This document shows positions 28,778 through 37,603 of a DNA stretch of 64,000 bases, piece by piece. This DNA is from a virus. Its lineage: Duplodnaviria > Caudoviricetes. Below the pieces are notes generated by a model, which did no database searches, was not told where the DNA came from, and saw nothing but the letters and a program-made list of their open reading frames with translations. Every line of letters starts with the position of its first letter. Positions within the stretch are counted from its first letter, which is position 1. The stretch lies in IMG/VR virus record IMGVR_UViG_3300021959_007005; one strand, given 5' to 3'. The position numbers and the translations under genes were made by a program.

Positions 28778-28853
28778 GCCGCAATAGCTCAGTTGGTAGA
28801 GCAACTGATTTGTAATCAGTAGGTCCCGAGTTCGAATCTTGGTTGCGGCACCA
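28778..28853 (+). tRNA. tRNA-Thr(UGU)
   Basis: GCCGCAA/TTGCGGC acceptor stem, ACTGA-TTTGTAA-TCAGT arm, encoded CCA. Confidence 0.95.
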
Positions 28854-28873
28854 CAACAACAATGGATTAAATA

Positions 28874-29305
28874 ATGTATAGAGTAACAGCATGGTTTAAA
28901 GATCGTAAAGTGTCAGAAGAGTTTCATGATGTGAACGATGCAATTGAATATCGTGATGATGTCGATGCACATTATCCATTAAAAGTAACTTTTAGAAAGG
29001 TAATATCAATGAGAGAATGGGTATATAATTGTTGGAACGTAGTAATGGATCATAACTTGAATCCACTGAGTAACATTCCAGACTTTAGCACACGACATAT
29101 GATCATGCAGGTACTTGCATGGATGTGGTGTATTGTGTTTGCTATTATAGTAGGTAGTATGTGGGCAGGAGTGTTCAGCATGATTCTACACGTACTATTG
29201 CTAGGAGCTATTGCAATTACAGTAGCAACATTTGAAACAGCCAAACGTAAACCAAATATGTTTGGCGCATATAATGGCCGCGGTTTAGGCGGCGAACACG
29301 AATAA
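28874..29305 (+). CDS. Hypothetical membrane protein
   Basis: Two hydrophobic helices in the C-terminal half. Confidence 0.6.
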   Translation: MYRVTAWFKDRKVSEEFHDVNDAIEYRDDVDAHYPLKVTFRKVISMREWVYNCWNVVMDHNLNPLSNIPDFSTRHMIMQVLAWMWCIVFAIIVGSMWAGVFSMILHVLLLGAIAITVATFETAKRKPNMFGAYNGRGLGGEHE

Positions 29306-29439
29306 TGTATTATGTAATGAATCTTAAAACTGGAAGTATCATAGATACCTATGATAGTTTGTTAGAAGCAAATGAACTTGTTAACAAACACCCAGAATGG
29401 ACAATTATGATAAAATATAATGAAAGGAATGTAAAATGA
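29305..29439 (+). CDS. Small hypothetical protein, 44 aa
   Basis: Read manually; TAATG coupling upstream and ATGA coupling downstream. Confidence 0.5.
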   Translation: MYYVMNLKTGSIIDTYDSLLEANELVNKHPEWTIMIKYNERNVK

Positions 29440-29642
29440 GTATGAGTGCTCAATTAGTTAAAGCCGCACGTATGCACGCCGAAGGTGAGCTAGAACGTGC
29501 CAAAACAAACATCATGGTGTATATGCATCAGGCTGTTGGTATTGGTGAACATAGTGATATTGTTGAGGCTATTCAAGAAGAACTTGATAAAATGGCCGCG
29601 GCAACTGATCGTATTGAAATGTTAAATGTACATTTTAGCTAA
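29436..29642 (+). CDS. Conserved T4-like marine phage protein
   Basis: HAEG..N..VY....GIGEHSDIVEAIQEEL motif. Confidence 0.7.
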   Translation: MSMSAQLVKAARMHAEGELERAKTNIMVYMHQAVGIGEHSDIVEAIQEELDKMAAATDRIEMLNVHFS

Positions 29643-29667
29643 AATAAAGAAAAGATATTAATTGTAG

Positions 29668-30273
29668 ATGGCTAATATTACAGAACTAGGTCAAGTTAGT
29701 AACAATATTTCTTTATATGATAAGTGCGTTATTGGTCTGGACAGAGATGGTGTAATTAATGTGGACCGAGGAACTTACACATTTAGATCTGCTGACTTCC
29801 AGCCTATACCTGGTAGTATAGAAGCAATAGCTAGGTTACGCAATGCAGGACATAAAATTGTGATCATCACCAATCAAGGTGGTATTGAAAAAGGTTTGTT
29901 TACTCCAGCTGATGTAGATAAACTTCATGAGTATATGTTTGAACTTCTAGGGAAGGCTGGATGCAGTAGTATTGATGCACTATATTATAGTACTAGTAGT
30001 CGAAAAGACGATATTTACGCTAAACCAAATTTAGGCATGTTTCAGCGTTGCCAAAAAGAACATCCACATATAAAATTTAAAAGTGGATTATATGTTGGAG
30101 ATAAACTTTCTGACATGAAAGCCGCTGTTAAGATAGGAGCTCGACCAATTTTAGTTAGAACTGGTTATGGAGAAGCTACAGAAAAGGAACTTCATAAATT
30201 TACGTATCGTTCTATTGCAAAGAAAGTATCAGTGGTTGACTCACTAAGTGCATTAGCTGATGCTATTACGTAG
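29668..30273 (+). CDS. gmhB: HAD IIIA phosphatase (GmhB/HisB-N family)
   Basis: LDRDGVIN, IITNQGGI, KPNLGM, VGDKLSD. Confidence 0.85.
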   Translation: MANITELGQVSNNISLYDKCVIGLDRDGVINVDRGTYTFRSADFQPIPGSIEAIARLRNAGHKIVIITNQGGIEKGLFTPADVDKLHEYMFELLGKAGCSSIDALYYSTSSRKDDIYAKPNLGMFQRCQKEHPHIKFKSGLYVGDKLSDMKAAVKIGARPILVRTGYGEATEKELHKFTYRSIAKKVSVVDSLSALADAIT

Positions 30274-30281
30274 GAATTAAG

Positions 30282-30530
30282 ATGTCTTATAATGAATTTA
30301 AAAATAAAGAAAATAATAAAACTGCATCTATTAGCATAATGGATGATGAAGTATTAATGCTAGTTTGTTATGAAAATAATGAATATATTGGAACTATACA
30401 TTATCCTAATAATAGTTTTCATTATGTAAAGGATGCAGCTAACAATTATATTAACGGTATTTTAACTAATGAAGTAGTAAGAAAACATTCAGTTGAATAT
30501 GCCAATCAAATAAGGAAAGTAAATGATTAA
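30282..30530 (+). CDS. Hypothetical protein
   Basis: ORF track; AGGA RBS. Confidence 0.55.
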   Translation: MSYNEFKNKENNKTASISIMDDEVLMLVCYENNEYIGTIHYPNNSFHYVKDAANNYINGILTNEVVRKHSVEYANQIRKVND

Positions 30531-30936
30531 AAAATATTTGTACATGGCTCTAGGCTTTTTATGTCTAGGTATGGCCTACGTTGGAGTTGTAGTACCAGGG
30601 ATACCATTTAGTATCTTCTTGGTTATTGCAGCTTGGGCATTTGCTAAGTCTAGTAAACGTATGCACGATTGGTTATACAATCACAAATACTTTGGCCCGT
30701 TTTTAACTAATTGGGTAGAGAAAAGAGTATTTCCAACCAAGGGAAAATATGCAATGGTAATTGTGATGTCATCATCACTTGCATTTCTTTGGTTTACTAC
30801 TGGCAATATTATGGCAGTTGTATGGAGCGGTGGTTTTATGGCACTGGTCGCAATCTGGGCGTGGAGATATCCAGGCACAGTTGCTGAACAAGAACGCAGA
30901 ACAACCGCTGGTGAAAAAATAGCTTGGATACGTTAG
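30523..30936 (+). CDS. ybaN: DUF454/YbaN-family inner-membrane protein
   Basis: LGFLCLGMAYVGVVVPGIP..FL..AAW.FAKSS.R.H.WL..H..FGP. Confidence 0.88.
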   Translation: MIKKYLYMALGFLCLGMAYVGVVVPGIPFSIFLVIAAWAFAKSSKRMHDWLYNHKYFGPFLTNWVEKRVFPTKGKYAMVIVMSSSLAFLWFTTGNIMAVVWSGGFMALVAIWAWRYPGTVAEQERRTTAGEKIAWIR

Positions 30937-31442
30937 AGGTAAGAACTCCAACTATGATGTTGCATATTCATATGTAGTTGTTTACGTTTATTAACAAGAT
31001 CGTAATAATCAGGCGCATACGGAACTTTGATTGGTTTCATATGCGTTTTGTCACCTTTATTATGATTACATGGTCCACATGCAGCTACAATATTTTCCCA
31101 TGAAGTGTTACCGCCTTTACTTAACGGTATAACATGGTCTAAGGTTAAATTTGCTTTGGAATATGGAGTATTACAATATTGACAAGTGTAAGTGTCTCTA
31201 ATATATAAGTTGGCTTTTGAAAATCTAGGACGAGCTCGCCGTCGCTGCATTTCTTTAAGCATCATCACAGCCGGGACTCGAGTCTCCCACTTTTCTGATC
31301 TTACCATCCAATCATCATACCATTCTAGTACATGTACTTTATCAAGCCAAAGGTATGTAATTGCTTCTTTCCATTGAATTGCGCTAATTGGAAAATATGA
31401 AATCGGTTGTGCGTCTGCATTTAGTAACAGAGTATCTGCCAA
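30933..31442 (-). CDS. HNH endonuclease
   Basis: RDTYTCQYC, TLDHVIP.SKGG.TSWENIVAACGPCNH.KG. Confidence 0.92.
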   Translation of the reverse strand: MADTLLLNADAQPISYFPISAIQWKEAITYLWLDKVHVLEWYDDWMVRSEKWETRVPAVMMLKEMQRRRARPRFSKANLYIRDTYTCQYCNTPYSKANLTLDHVIPLSKGGNTSWENIVAACGPCNHNKGDKTHMKPIKVPYAPDYYDLVNKRKQLHMNMQHHSWSSYL

Positions 31443-31551
31443 GTGATGTTCCTTCTAATTAATTATATTTATTTTTTAAAAAAGTTCACTTTTATTGTTG
31501 ACACCAAGACGTATTGGTGTTAGAACATATACATAAGTTAAACAAACGGAG

Positions 31552-31941
31552 TTGAACATGACACAGTTTAATAAAGCAGATTTTAGCTACCATGGCGGAT
31601 ACTTAATGTACACAGGCGATTATGAAGGTCGTCCAGTTTATGAAGCAGGTAAAAATGTTCACCCCAGTAATGTTGGACGTGGAATTGATTTGTTTATTGC
31701 ACGTTTCAAGTATTCAGGAACGCCATTTACTAAAGCTAAATTCCTTGCACAACTTATTAAAAACTTCACAGTTGAAGAGTATGTAGCTGAGAGAGCAAAA
31801 GATGGTCTTGACAGCTCACCATTACAAATCCTTAAAAACAAAAATGAGGACTGGTATTACAAAGTGATGTTTGCTTTCAAAGCAAAGCAAGAAGCTCGCC
31901 GTGGTTATACTAGTCCGCATTGTGCATACGACTATGCATAA
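31552..31941 (+). CDS. Hypothetical early protein
   Basis: TTGACA promoter at about 31498 and GGAG RBS. Confidence 0.65.
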   Translation: MNMTQFNKADFSYHGGYLMYTGDYEGRPVYEAGKNVHPSNVGRGIDLFIARFKYSGTPFTKAKFLAQLIKNFTVEEYVAERAKDGLDSSPLQILKNKNEDWYYKVMFAFKAKQEARRGYTSPHCAYDYA

Positions 31942-32110
31942 TGGAACCTGAGTACCTAAGTGTTGAAGCGGCAGAACGTGATCTTCAACACACATTTACC
32001 ACTAGCTTTAAAAAGCCAAGCACTATAAAAGTCGTAATATACACTATTATATTATTGACATTAATATTTCCAGTGCTACTATAAAAATAAGAAAAAACAA
32101 GGATAAGAAA

Positions 32111-32803
32111 ATGACAAAGCGACAAAAACCAACATATAACACTCAGCAGATCCTTCAATTAGCCATCTATGTTGATAAAGCACAAGGTTTTGTTAAGAGC
32201 GGTTATGGTTATTATGATCAAGAAAATGCTACTATGATATATGATAATAAAACAACTATTATGAATTATATCAATGGCGAAGCAGAAATGCCAGAAATTG
32301 ATCAGGATATAATGACACAAGTTGAAGAAATTATTGAAAGTTTTAAATTAGAATTAATTGGCAAGAAAATGTCAGGACGCATCAATGACTTTGAAACAAA
32401 TGTTTTACAAAGCATCAGTAATGAAACTGTTGAGGCATTTGGTGTTGCTGTACTAGCAAGTTTGCCTAATAGTTTTAGAGTACAGTCTAAACGACAAACA
32501 CTTGATGAATGGTTTGATGCACATCGTAAAACTAGTGAATTCGTTGGTGTTATTGGGGATCGTATTAAGCTCGCTGTACATATTAAAGATGTTAAATTCA
32601 TTAGTAAGTATTCAATACACTTGGTAACTTGTGTTGATAATAATAAAAATATTATTAAATTCTTCTTTAATAAAGAGCCTGATATTTCAGGTATTATTGA
32701 AGGGAAAGATGCTATGCTTACTGGTAAAGTTAAAACACATGATATTAGTAAATTTAGTGACTGTAAAGAAACAGTATTCAATTATGTTAGGATACAGCAA
32801 TGA
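32111..32803 (+). CDS. Hypothetical protein, possible C-terminal OB fold
   Basis: FVG.IGDRI.L.V.I..VKF..Y..HLV beta-strand pattern. Confidence 0.55.
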   Translation: MTKRQKPTYNTQQILQLAIYVDKAQGFVKSGYGYYDQENATMIYDNKTTIMNYINGEAEMPEIDQDIMTQVEEIIESFKLELIGKKMSGRINDFETNVLQSISNETVEAFGVAVLASLPNSFRVQSKRQTLDEWFDAHRKTSEFVGVIGDRIKLAVHIKDVKFISKYSIHLVTCVDNNKNIIKFFFNKEPDISGIIEGKDAMLTGKVKTHDISKFSDCKETVFNYVRIQQ

Positions 32804-33354
32804 AACAAGAAATTATTAATACCAGAGATGGTTTAAAAATAATTGTCATTGATGATTTGTTCAATTTCAATGATAGAACCTTAATGATGAATATAATATA
32901 CCAATCTGATTTTAGGTTTGCCACATCCTGGGATAGCCAAGTTACTGACTTTAAAAGTGCAAGTACATTGGGCGTCCAGTGGAATAAAGAAAAATGGGAT
33001 AACTTTGGATTAGAACGTCATCCTAACTGGAAACATATAAGGTCACATCTTGATAGTAGAACACAACAACGTGCTTGGATAAACTTACATACTGGCAGGG
33101 AATTATATCGATATCATGTAGACCATATTGAGCCAAATTCAATGAGTATGCTGTTTTATCCAAATTTAAAATGGGATCCAGACTGGGACGGTCAAACTAT
33201 TTTTAAATCTAAGGATTTAAAAAATATAGAATACTGTAGTGAATATGTTCCTGGAAGAATGGTATTATTTGATACTCGTATACCACACAAAGCCGTGCAT
33301 CCTAATTATGAAGCGGTGGGATTTAGAGCAATAATTAATGCAGTTTTTTATTAA
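32800..33354 (+). CDS. 2OG-Fe(II) oxygenase (prolyl-hydroxylase-like)
   Basis: HVD..GQTIF..PGRMVLFD..IPH..R facial triad. Confidence 0.85.
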   Translation: MKQEIINTRDGLKIIVIDDLFNFNDRTLMMNIIYQSDFRFATSWDSQVTDFKSASTLGVQWNKEKWDNFGLERHPNWKHIRSHLDSRTQQRAWINLHTGRELYRYHVDHIEPNSMSMLFYPNLKWDPDWDGQTIFKSKDLKNIEYCSEYVPGRMVLFDTRIPHKAVHPNYEAVGFRAIINAVFY

Positions 33355-33430
33355 AATACAAAAAACAGTTGACATATAATACAGTGATGCTATTATATAC
33401 ATATAGTTAATGCAAAACGGAGTGAGAACC

Positions 33431-34447
33431 ATGCAGCAAGTGTTAGTACATAACGGAACATATCGTAACGAACCAGTAACTGAACGAGTTTTTAATCTAA
33501 CAAAAGATTTTCGTAACGGCGCAAACGGTGCGTATATTACAGTAGACGGAACTGACCAAATTAATATGCCAGATCGTAATGTAAGAATTGGCGTGTCAGA
33601 TAAAACTTGTTTTTCTTTAATGTCAGAAACTGGAGAGCCACAAGTAACTGTTCCAGAAATAACTGAAACAGATGATCAAATAATTGAACGTCTGCGTGAG
33701 CGTTTTCAAGTACTAGAAGATATGAGCTATGCATCATGTGATGGTGTAGTACGTGGAATGGTTGTTACAGGCCCTCCAGGCGTAGGCAAATCATACGGTG
33801 TTGAAAAAGTAATGCGTGAAGCTGAAACTATGAACAAACTAAGTGGAGGTGCAGAATCAACTGGACGCAAGTTTGGAATGGAAAAAGGTGCAGCAAGTGC
33901 CATTGGTTTGTACAAGCTACTATTTGAATATGCAAATGCAGGAAGTGTACTTGTACTAGATGATTGCGATAGTGTACTGTATGATGAAACTTCGCTTAAC
34001 TTGTTAAAGGCAGCATTAGACAGTAGCCCAAAGCGGTTCCTAAGCTGGCGTAGCGAAAGCCGTGTACTGCATAACGAAGGAATTCCAGATAAGTTCGAAT
34101 TTAAAGGAAGTATTATCTTTATTACTAACCTTAAGTTTGAGAAAACACGTGGTAAGATTAAGGATCACTTAGATGCTATTATGTCACGTTGCCACTATTT
34201 GGACCTTACACTGGACACAATGCACGAAAAGTGGTTGCGTTGTAAGCAGATTGTTTCAGATGGCATGCTAGATGAATACAACTTCCCTCAAGACGAAAAG
34301 CAGGACATGTTGAATCACATACATGATAACCGTACTAAGCTACGTGAGATGAGCTTGCGTATGGTACTTAAAATTGCCGATCTCAAGAAGATGAACGGTG
34401 TAAAGTGGAAACGTTATGTGGAAATGACCTGCATGAAGCGAGGTTAA
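33431..34447 (+). CDS. P-loop AAA-family ATPase
   Basis: GPPGVGKS Walker A, LVLDDCD Walker B, SRC sensor/Arg finger; start after the GGAG RBS preferred. Confidence 0.85.
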   Translation: MQQVLVHNGTYRNEPVTERVFNLTKDFRNGANGAYITVDGTDQINMPDRNVRIGVSDKTCFSLMSETGEPQVTVPEITETDDQIIERLRERFQVLEDMSYASCDGVVRGMVVTGPPGVGKSYGVEKVMREAETMNKLSGGAESTGRKFGMEKGAASAIGLYKLLFEYANAGSVLVLDDCDSVLYDETSLNLLKAALDSSPKRFLSWRSESRVLHNEGIPDKFEFKGSIIFITNLKFEKTRGKIKDHLDAIMSRCHYLDLTLDTMHEKWLRCKQIVSDGMLDEYNFPQDEKQDMLNHIHDNRTKLREMSLRMVLKIADLKKMNGVKWKRYVEMTCMKRG

Positions 34448-34454
34448 CGGAAAA

Positions 34455-34506
34455 TACTAATTGACTAGGACTCCTCTGTCTGCACTCTCACTCAAGTCAA
34501 TTAGTA
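34455..34506 (+). other. 12-bp hairpin with a 28-nt pyrimidine-rich loop in the 3' UTR
   Basis: TACTAATTGACT/AGTCAATTAGTA; loop contains ACTCCTCT. Confidence 0.6.
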
Positions 34507-34510
34507 TAAG

Positions 34511-34541
34511 GAGGGGGCTAGTATTAAATACTAGTCCCCTC
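34511..34541 (+). terminator. Hairpin terminator
   Basis: GAGGGGGCTAGTAT/ATACTAGTCCCCTC. Confidence 0.7.
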
Positions 34542-34554
34542 ATCTTATTAACGA

Positions 34555-34583
34555 TTGACACATTTATTTAAAAAGCGTATAAT
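34555..34583 (+). promoter_or_regulatory. Consensus sigma70 promoter
   Basis: TTGACA-N17-TATAAT, ATG 6 nt downstream. Confidence 0.85.
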
Positions 34584-34589
34584 AATATT

Positions 34590-36044
34590 ATGAAAACTAA
34601 ACTGATTATCAAAGACGAAGTAAATTGTAAGTTTGAAGGTCTTGAGCTCAGCACTCGTAAGAAGTTAGAAAAAGAACTTAAATTTATGTTGCCACATGCC
34701 AGACATGTTCCTGCTTACAAACTAGGACGTTGGGATGGTTGTGTTGGGTATTTTACTATGGGAGGAAATACATTTATTAGTTGCCTTCCCAAGTGTTTGC
34801 CAATTATTCAAAATGAGGGTTATGAAATTGAAATACAAGACGAACGTGAAGCTCATGATTTGTCTTTTGAATTAGTAACAGAAGAATTGTTTTCAGATAG
34901 AGTATGGCCAGATAAACATCCAGCGGCTGGTCAGCCTATTACACTCAGAGACTATCAGGTTGAGATAATTAATCAGTTTTTACAAACACCACAATGTTTA
35001 CAAGAGATTGCCACAGGTGCAGGCAAGACCTTAATTACAGCGGCTCTGAGTTACAAAATTGAAGCATACGGACGCAGTATTGTTATCGTGCCCAACAAGG
35101 ATCTAGTAACACAGACAGAAGCTGACTACATTAACTTAGGTTTAGATGTAGGTGTGTACTTTGGTGACCGTAAAGAGTTTGGTAAAACACATACCATTTG
35201 TACTTGGCAAAGTTTAAACATTATGGAAAAGCGTTTCCGCGATGGTGAACAAGACTGGGGGTTGCATGCATTTGCAGAAGGTGTAGTATGTGTTATGGTA
35301 GACGAAGTACACCAAGCAAAAGCAGATGTACTTAAAAAACTACTAACAGGTGCATTTAGTAATGTTCCAATACGTTGGGGGTTAACTGGTACAATACCCA
35401 AAGCAGAACTTGAACGACTGAGCTTAGAGGTAAGTTTGGGGGAAGTGGTAAATAAACTTAGTGCAGCTGAATTACAAGACATGGGTGTGCTAGCACAATG
35501 TGAAGTTAATGTATTACAACTTCAGGATACTGTAGCGTATGGCGATTATCAAAGTGAGCTTACTTACTTAACTACTAATAAAGAACGATTAGACTATATG
35601 TCAGGTATTATTAAAACAATGTCCGAGTCAGGAAATACACTTGTATTAGTTGACAGAATCAAAGCAGGTGAAGGACTAGTTGAACGACTGGGAGATGATG
35701 TTGTGTTTATTAGTGGTAGTATGAAAAGTAAGGATAGAAAAGACGAATATGATGAAGTAGCTGATGCAACTGGTAAAATTATCGTTGCAACCTATGGGGT
35801 TGCCGCTGTTGGTATTAACATCCCTAGGATTTTTAATTTAGTCCTTTTTGAACCTGGAAAATCTTTTGTTCGTGTAATTCAAAGTATCGGTAGAGGTATT
35901 CGAAAAGCACAAGATAAAGACAGTGTTCAAATCTGGGATATAACGAGTAGTGCAAAATTTAGCAAGAGACATTTGACTGAGCGAAAGAAATTTTATCGAG
36001 AAGCCAAGTATCCCTTTCATATAGAAAAGGTGAATTATAAATGA
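34590..36044 (+). CDS. uvsW: SF2 DNA helicase (UvsW-like)
   Basis: LRDYQ Q-motif, ATGAGKT, VDEVH, GLTGT, QSIGRGIR. Confidence 0.9.
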   Translation: MKTKLIIKDEVNCKFEGLELSTRKKLEKELKFMLPHARHVPAYKLGRWDGCVGYFTMGGNTFISCLPKCLPIIQNEGYEIEIQDEREAHDLSFELVTEELFSDRVWPDKHPAAGQPITLRDYQVEIINQFLQTPQCLQEIATGAGKTLITAALSYKIEAYGRSIVIVPNKDLVTQTEADYINLGLDVGVYFGDRKEFGKTHTICTWQSLNIMEKRFRDGEQDWGLHAFAEGVVCVMVDEVHQAKADVLKKLLTGAFSNVPIRWGLTGTIPKAELERLSLEVSLGEVVNKLSAAELQDMGVLAQCEVNVLQLQDTVAYGDYQSELTYLTTNKERLDYMSGIIKTMSESGNTLVLVDRIKAGEGLVERLGDDVVFISGSMKSKDRKDEYDEVADATGKIIVATYGVAAVGINIPRIFNLVLFEPGKSFVRVIQSIGRGIRKAQDKDSVQIWDITSSAKFSKRHLTERKKFYREAKYPFHIEKVNYK

Positions 36045-36544
36045 CAAAAATACTAACTGTGGAAAATCAAATGTATGATTTAGATTTCGTACCAGAAGAA
36101 ATCGACGACATACGTTACTGTGTATTAGATTATAGTGATGCAAAAAATGCTGATTATATTTTTGTGCCATTGGTATTCTTAGAAAGTTTCAATAGCCCAG
36201 CCGCAGTTTTAAAGATTGGACAACGTACTGTTAAAATACCATTAGATTGGAGTTTAATTGTATGTGACCCAATGGTAGGTGATCCAGAAATATTACCAGT
36301 TACTAGCTTAAATGATAGAGGATTTAAAGCATTTGTTTTTAATCCAATTACTGGGTTCCTACCGAGCTTTGATCAAGTTGAAATTGTTAACTTGTATCAG
36401 GAAGTCAAGTGGTATTTCCCTAAACTAAAGTTTGGGCATATCCTTGCAATTCCACTTGAAGAAGGCGACAATCCACAATGTGCCTACTTTGTAAAAGACA
36501 CCAACAAGGTACCTGATGTACTGAGTACAGAAGACCTTTGGTAA
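36041..36544 (+). CDS. Conserved hypothetical beta-rich protein
   Basis: ORF track; coupled to the helicase stop. Confidence 0.65.
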   Translation: MTKILTVENQMYDLDFVPEEIDDIRYCVLDYSDAKNADYIFVPLVFLESFNSPAAVLKIGQRTVKIPLDWSLIVCDPMVGDPEILPVTSLNDRGFKAFVFNPITGFLPSFDQVEIVNLYQEVKWYFPKLKFGHILAIPLEEGDNPQCAYFVKDTNKVPDVLSTEDLW

Positions 36545-36571
36545 AACAAATGATGTTATAAGGAGAAAAAA

Positions 36572-36760
36572 ATGACAAATCATGAAAAAATTGAAGAAGC
36601 ATTTCGTACATATCTAGCAGAATCTGAAAACTTTGAAGTAAAAGGTGTTAAGGCATCATCTGCTCGTGCTCGTAAAGCACTAAGTGAAATGGGAAAATTA
36701 GCTAAAGAAAGACGAGCAGAAATCCAAGCAACTGTTAATGCTCGCGCCGAGCCCTACTAA
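36572..36760 (+). CDS. Hc1-like small nucleoid/DNA-binding protein
   Basis: KGVKASSARARKALSEMGKLAKERRAEI matches the recalled Hc1-family GNKAAGTRARK motif. Confidence 0.7.
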   Translation: MTNHEKIEEAFRTYLAESENFEVKGVKASSARARKALSEMGKLAKERRAEIQATVNARAEPY

Positions 36761-36762
36761 AA

Positions 36763-36972
36763 ATGAGTGGGCAAAGACGATGGCTTAAATTGTGGGCGAG
36801 AACAGTGGGCATGCCTGTTGGACTCAATGACGACGACAAGCCGGAGTTTTTGCCTATTACACAAACAGACGTTTTAAAAGCACTTGCTTTTAGAACGTTC
36901 TGGATTGTCTTGCATATTGTCACATGTGGCTTTATAATAGTAGGTAACAGTAAAACAATTGGATTATGGTAA
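36763..36972 (+). CDS. Small membrane protein
   Basis: W.LWART.G..DD motif plus a TM helix. Confidence 0.6.
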   Translation: MSGQRRWLKLWARTVGMPVGLNDDDKPEFLPITQTDVLKALAFRTFWIVLHIVTCGFIIVGNSKTIGLW

Positions 36973-37136
36973 TGACAAAAAAGACATGTGATGCATTCTT
37001 TTGTAGTAATAAAACACCAAAGAAATATCGCTATTGCTACGATTGTGCTAGAAGTAGAGGGCTAGTAGGAAATAATGGTATAGGTATTTTTGGCTGGTTT
37101 GTGATTATTGTAATTGTAATAACGGTGTTTGGATGA
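36972..37136 (+). CDS. 54-aa Cys-motif microprotein with a C-terminal TM helix
   Basis: Read manually: MTKKTCDAFFCSNKTPKKYRYCYDCARS..FGWFVIIVIVITVFG. Confidence 0.55.
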   Translation: MTKKTCDAFFCSNKTPKKYRYCYDCARSRGLVGNNGIGIFGWFVIIVIVITVFG

Positions 37137-37603
37137 GTAAACTATCTATCAAAGAAGAGATGCGGGCAATTGATTGTCGTGTTAAAGGTTGGTGGGAAAG
37201 TCTTACTGAAGAAGAAGTTAAAAAAATTAGTCCATTTGTCTTAATGCGTTGGACCAGTGCAGTACAATCTTCTAATTCAGATATCGAATTTCATTATATT
37301 GCATTAGTAAATGAACTAGTAAACAAGCATTATAATATTGTACGTCATCATCCTGAATTACAGTTTAAGTTGTTACAGTGTGTTGGTCTTGGGGTGTCAC
37401 AATACCATAAATGGATACCTCCTGGAAAACAAAAGAAACAGTCAATGGGTAAGTTATATAATTGGTTAAGTGAATTATACCCAACATATAACGATGATGA
37501 ACTTGAGCTACTAGTGAGCACAAATGAAATATCTGATTTTAAAAATATAGCAGAACAACTGGGATTAACCAAAAAACAAATTAAAGAGATCTTTAAAAAA
37601 TGA
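37133..37603 (+). CDS. Clamp-loader small subunit (gp62-like)
   Basis: SPFVLMRW.S, HPELQFKLL, HKWI, YPTYN.DE motifs. Confidence 0.7.
   Translation: MSKLSIKEEMRAIDCRVKGWWESLTEEEVKKISPFVLMRWTSAVQSSNSDIEFHYIALVNELVNKHYNIVRHHPELQFKLLQCVGLGVSQYHKWIPPGKQKKQSMGKLYNWLSELYPTYNDDELELLVSTNEISDFKNIAEQLGLTKKQIKEIFKK

Noticed and set aside
30933-31442. HNH gene as an intron-encoded mobile element
   Set aside because: It is free-standing and does not interrupt a gene; no flanking intron structure was recognised.
36041-36544. Possible stand-alone Hint/intein-like fold
   Set aside because: Only a beta-rich impression; there is no N-terminal Cys/Ser or C-terminal His-Asn, so it cannot be supported without a structure search.
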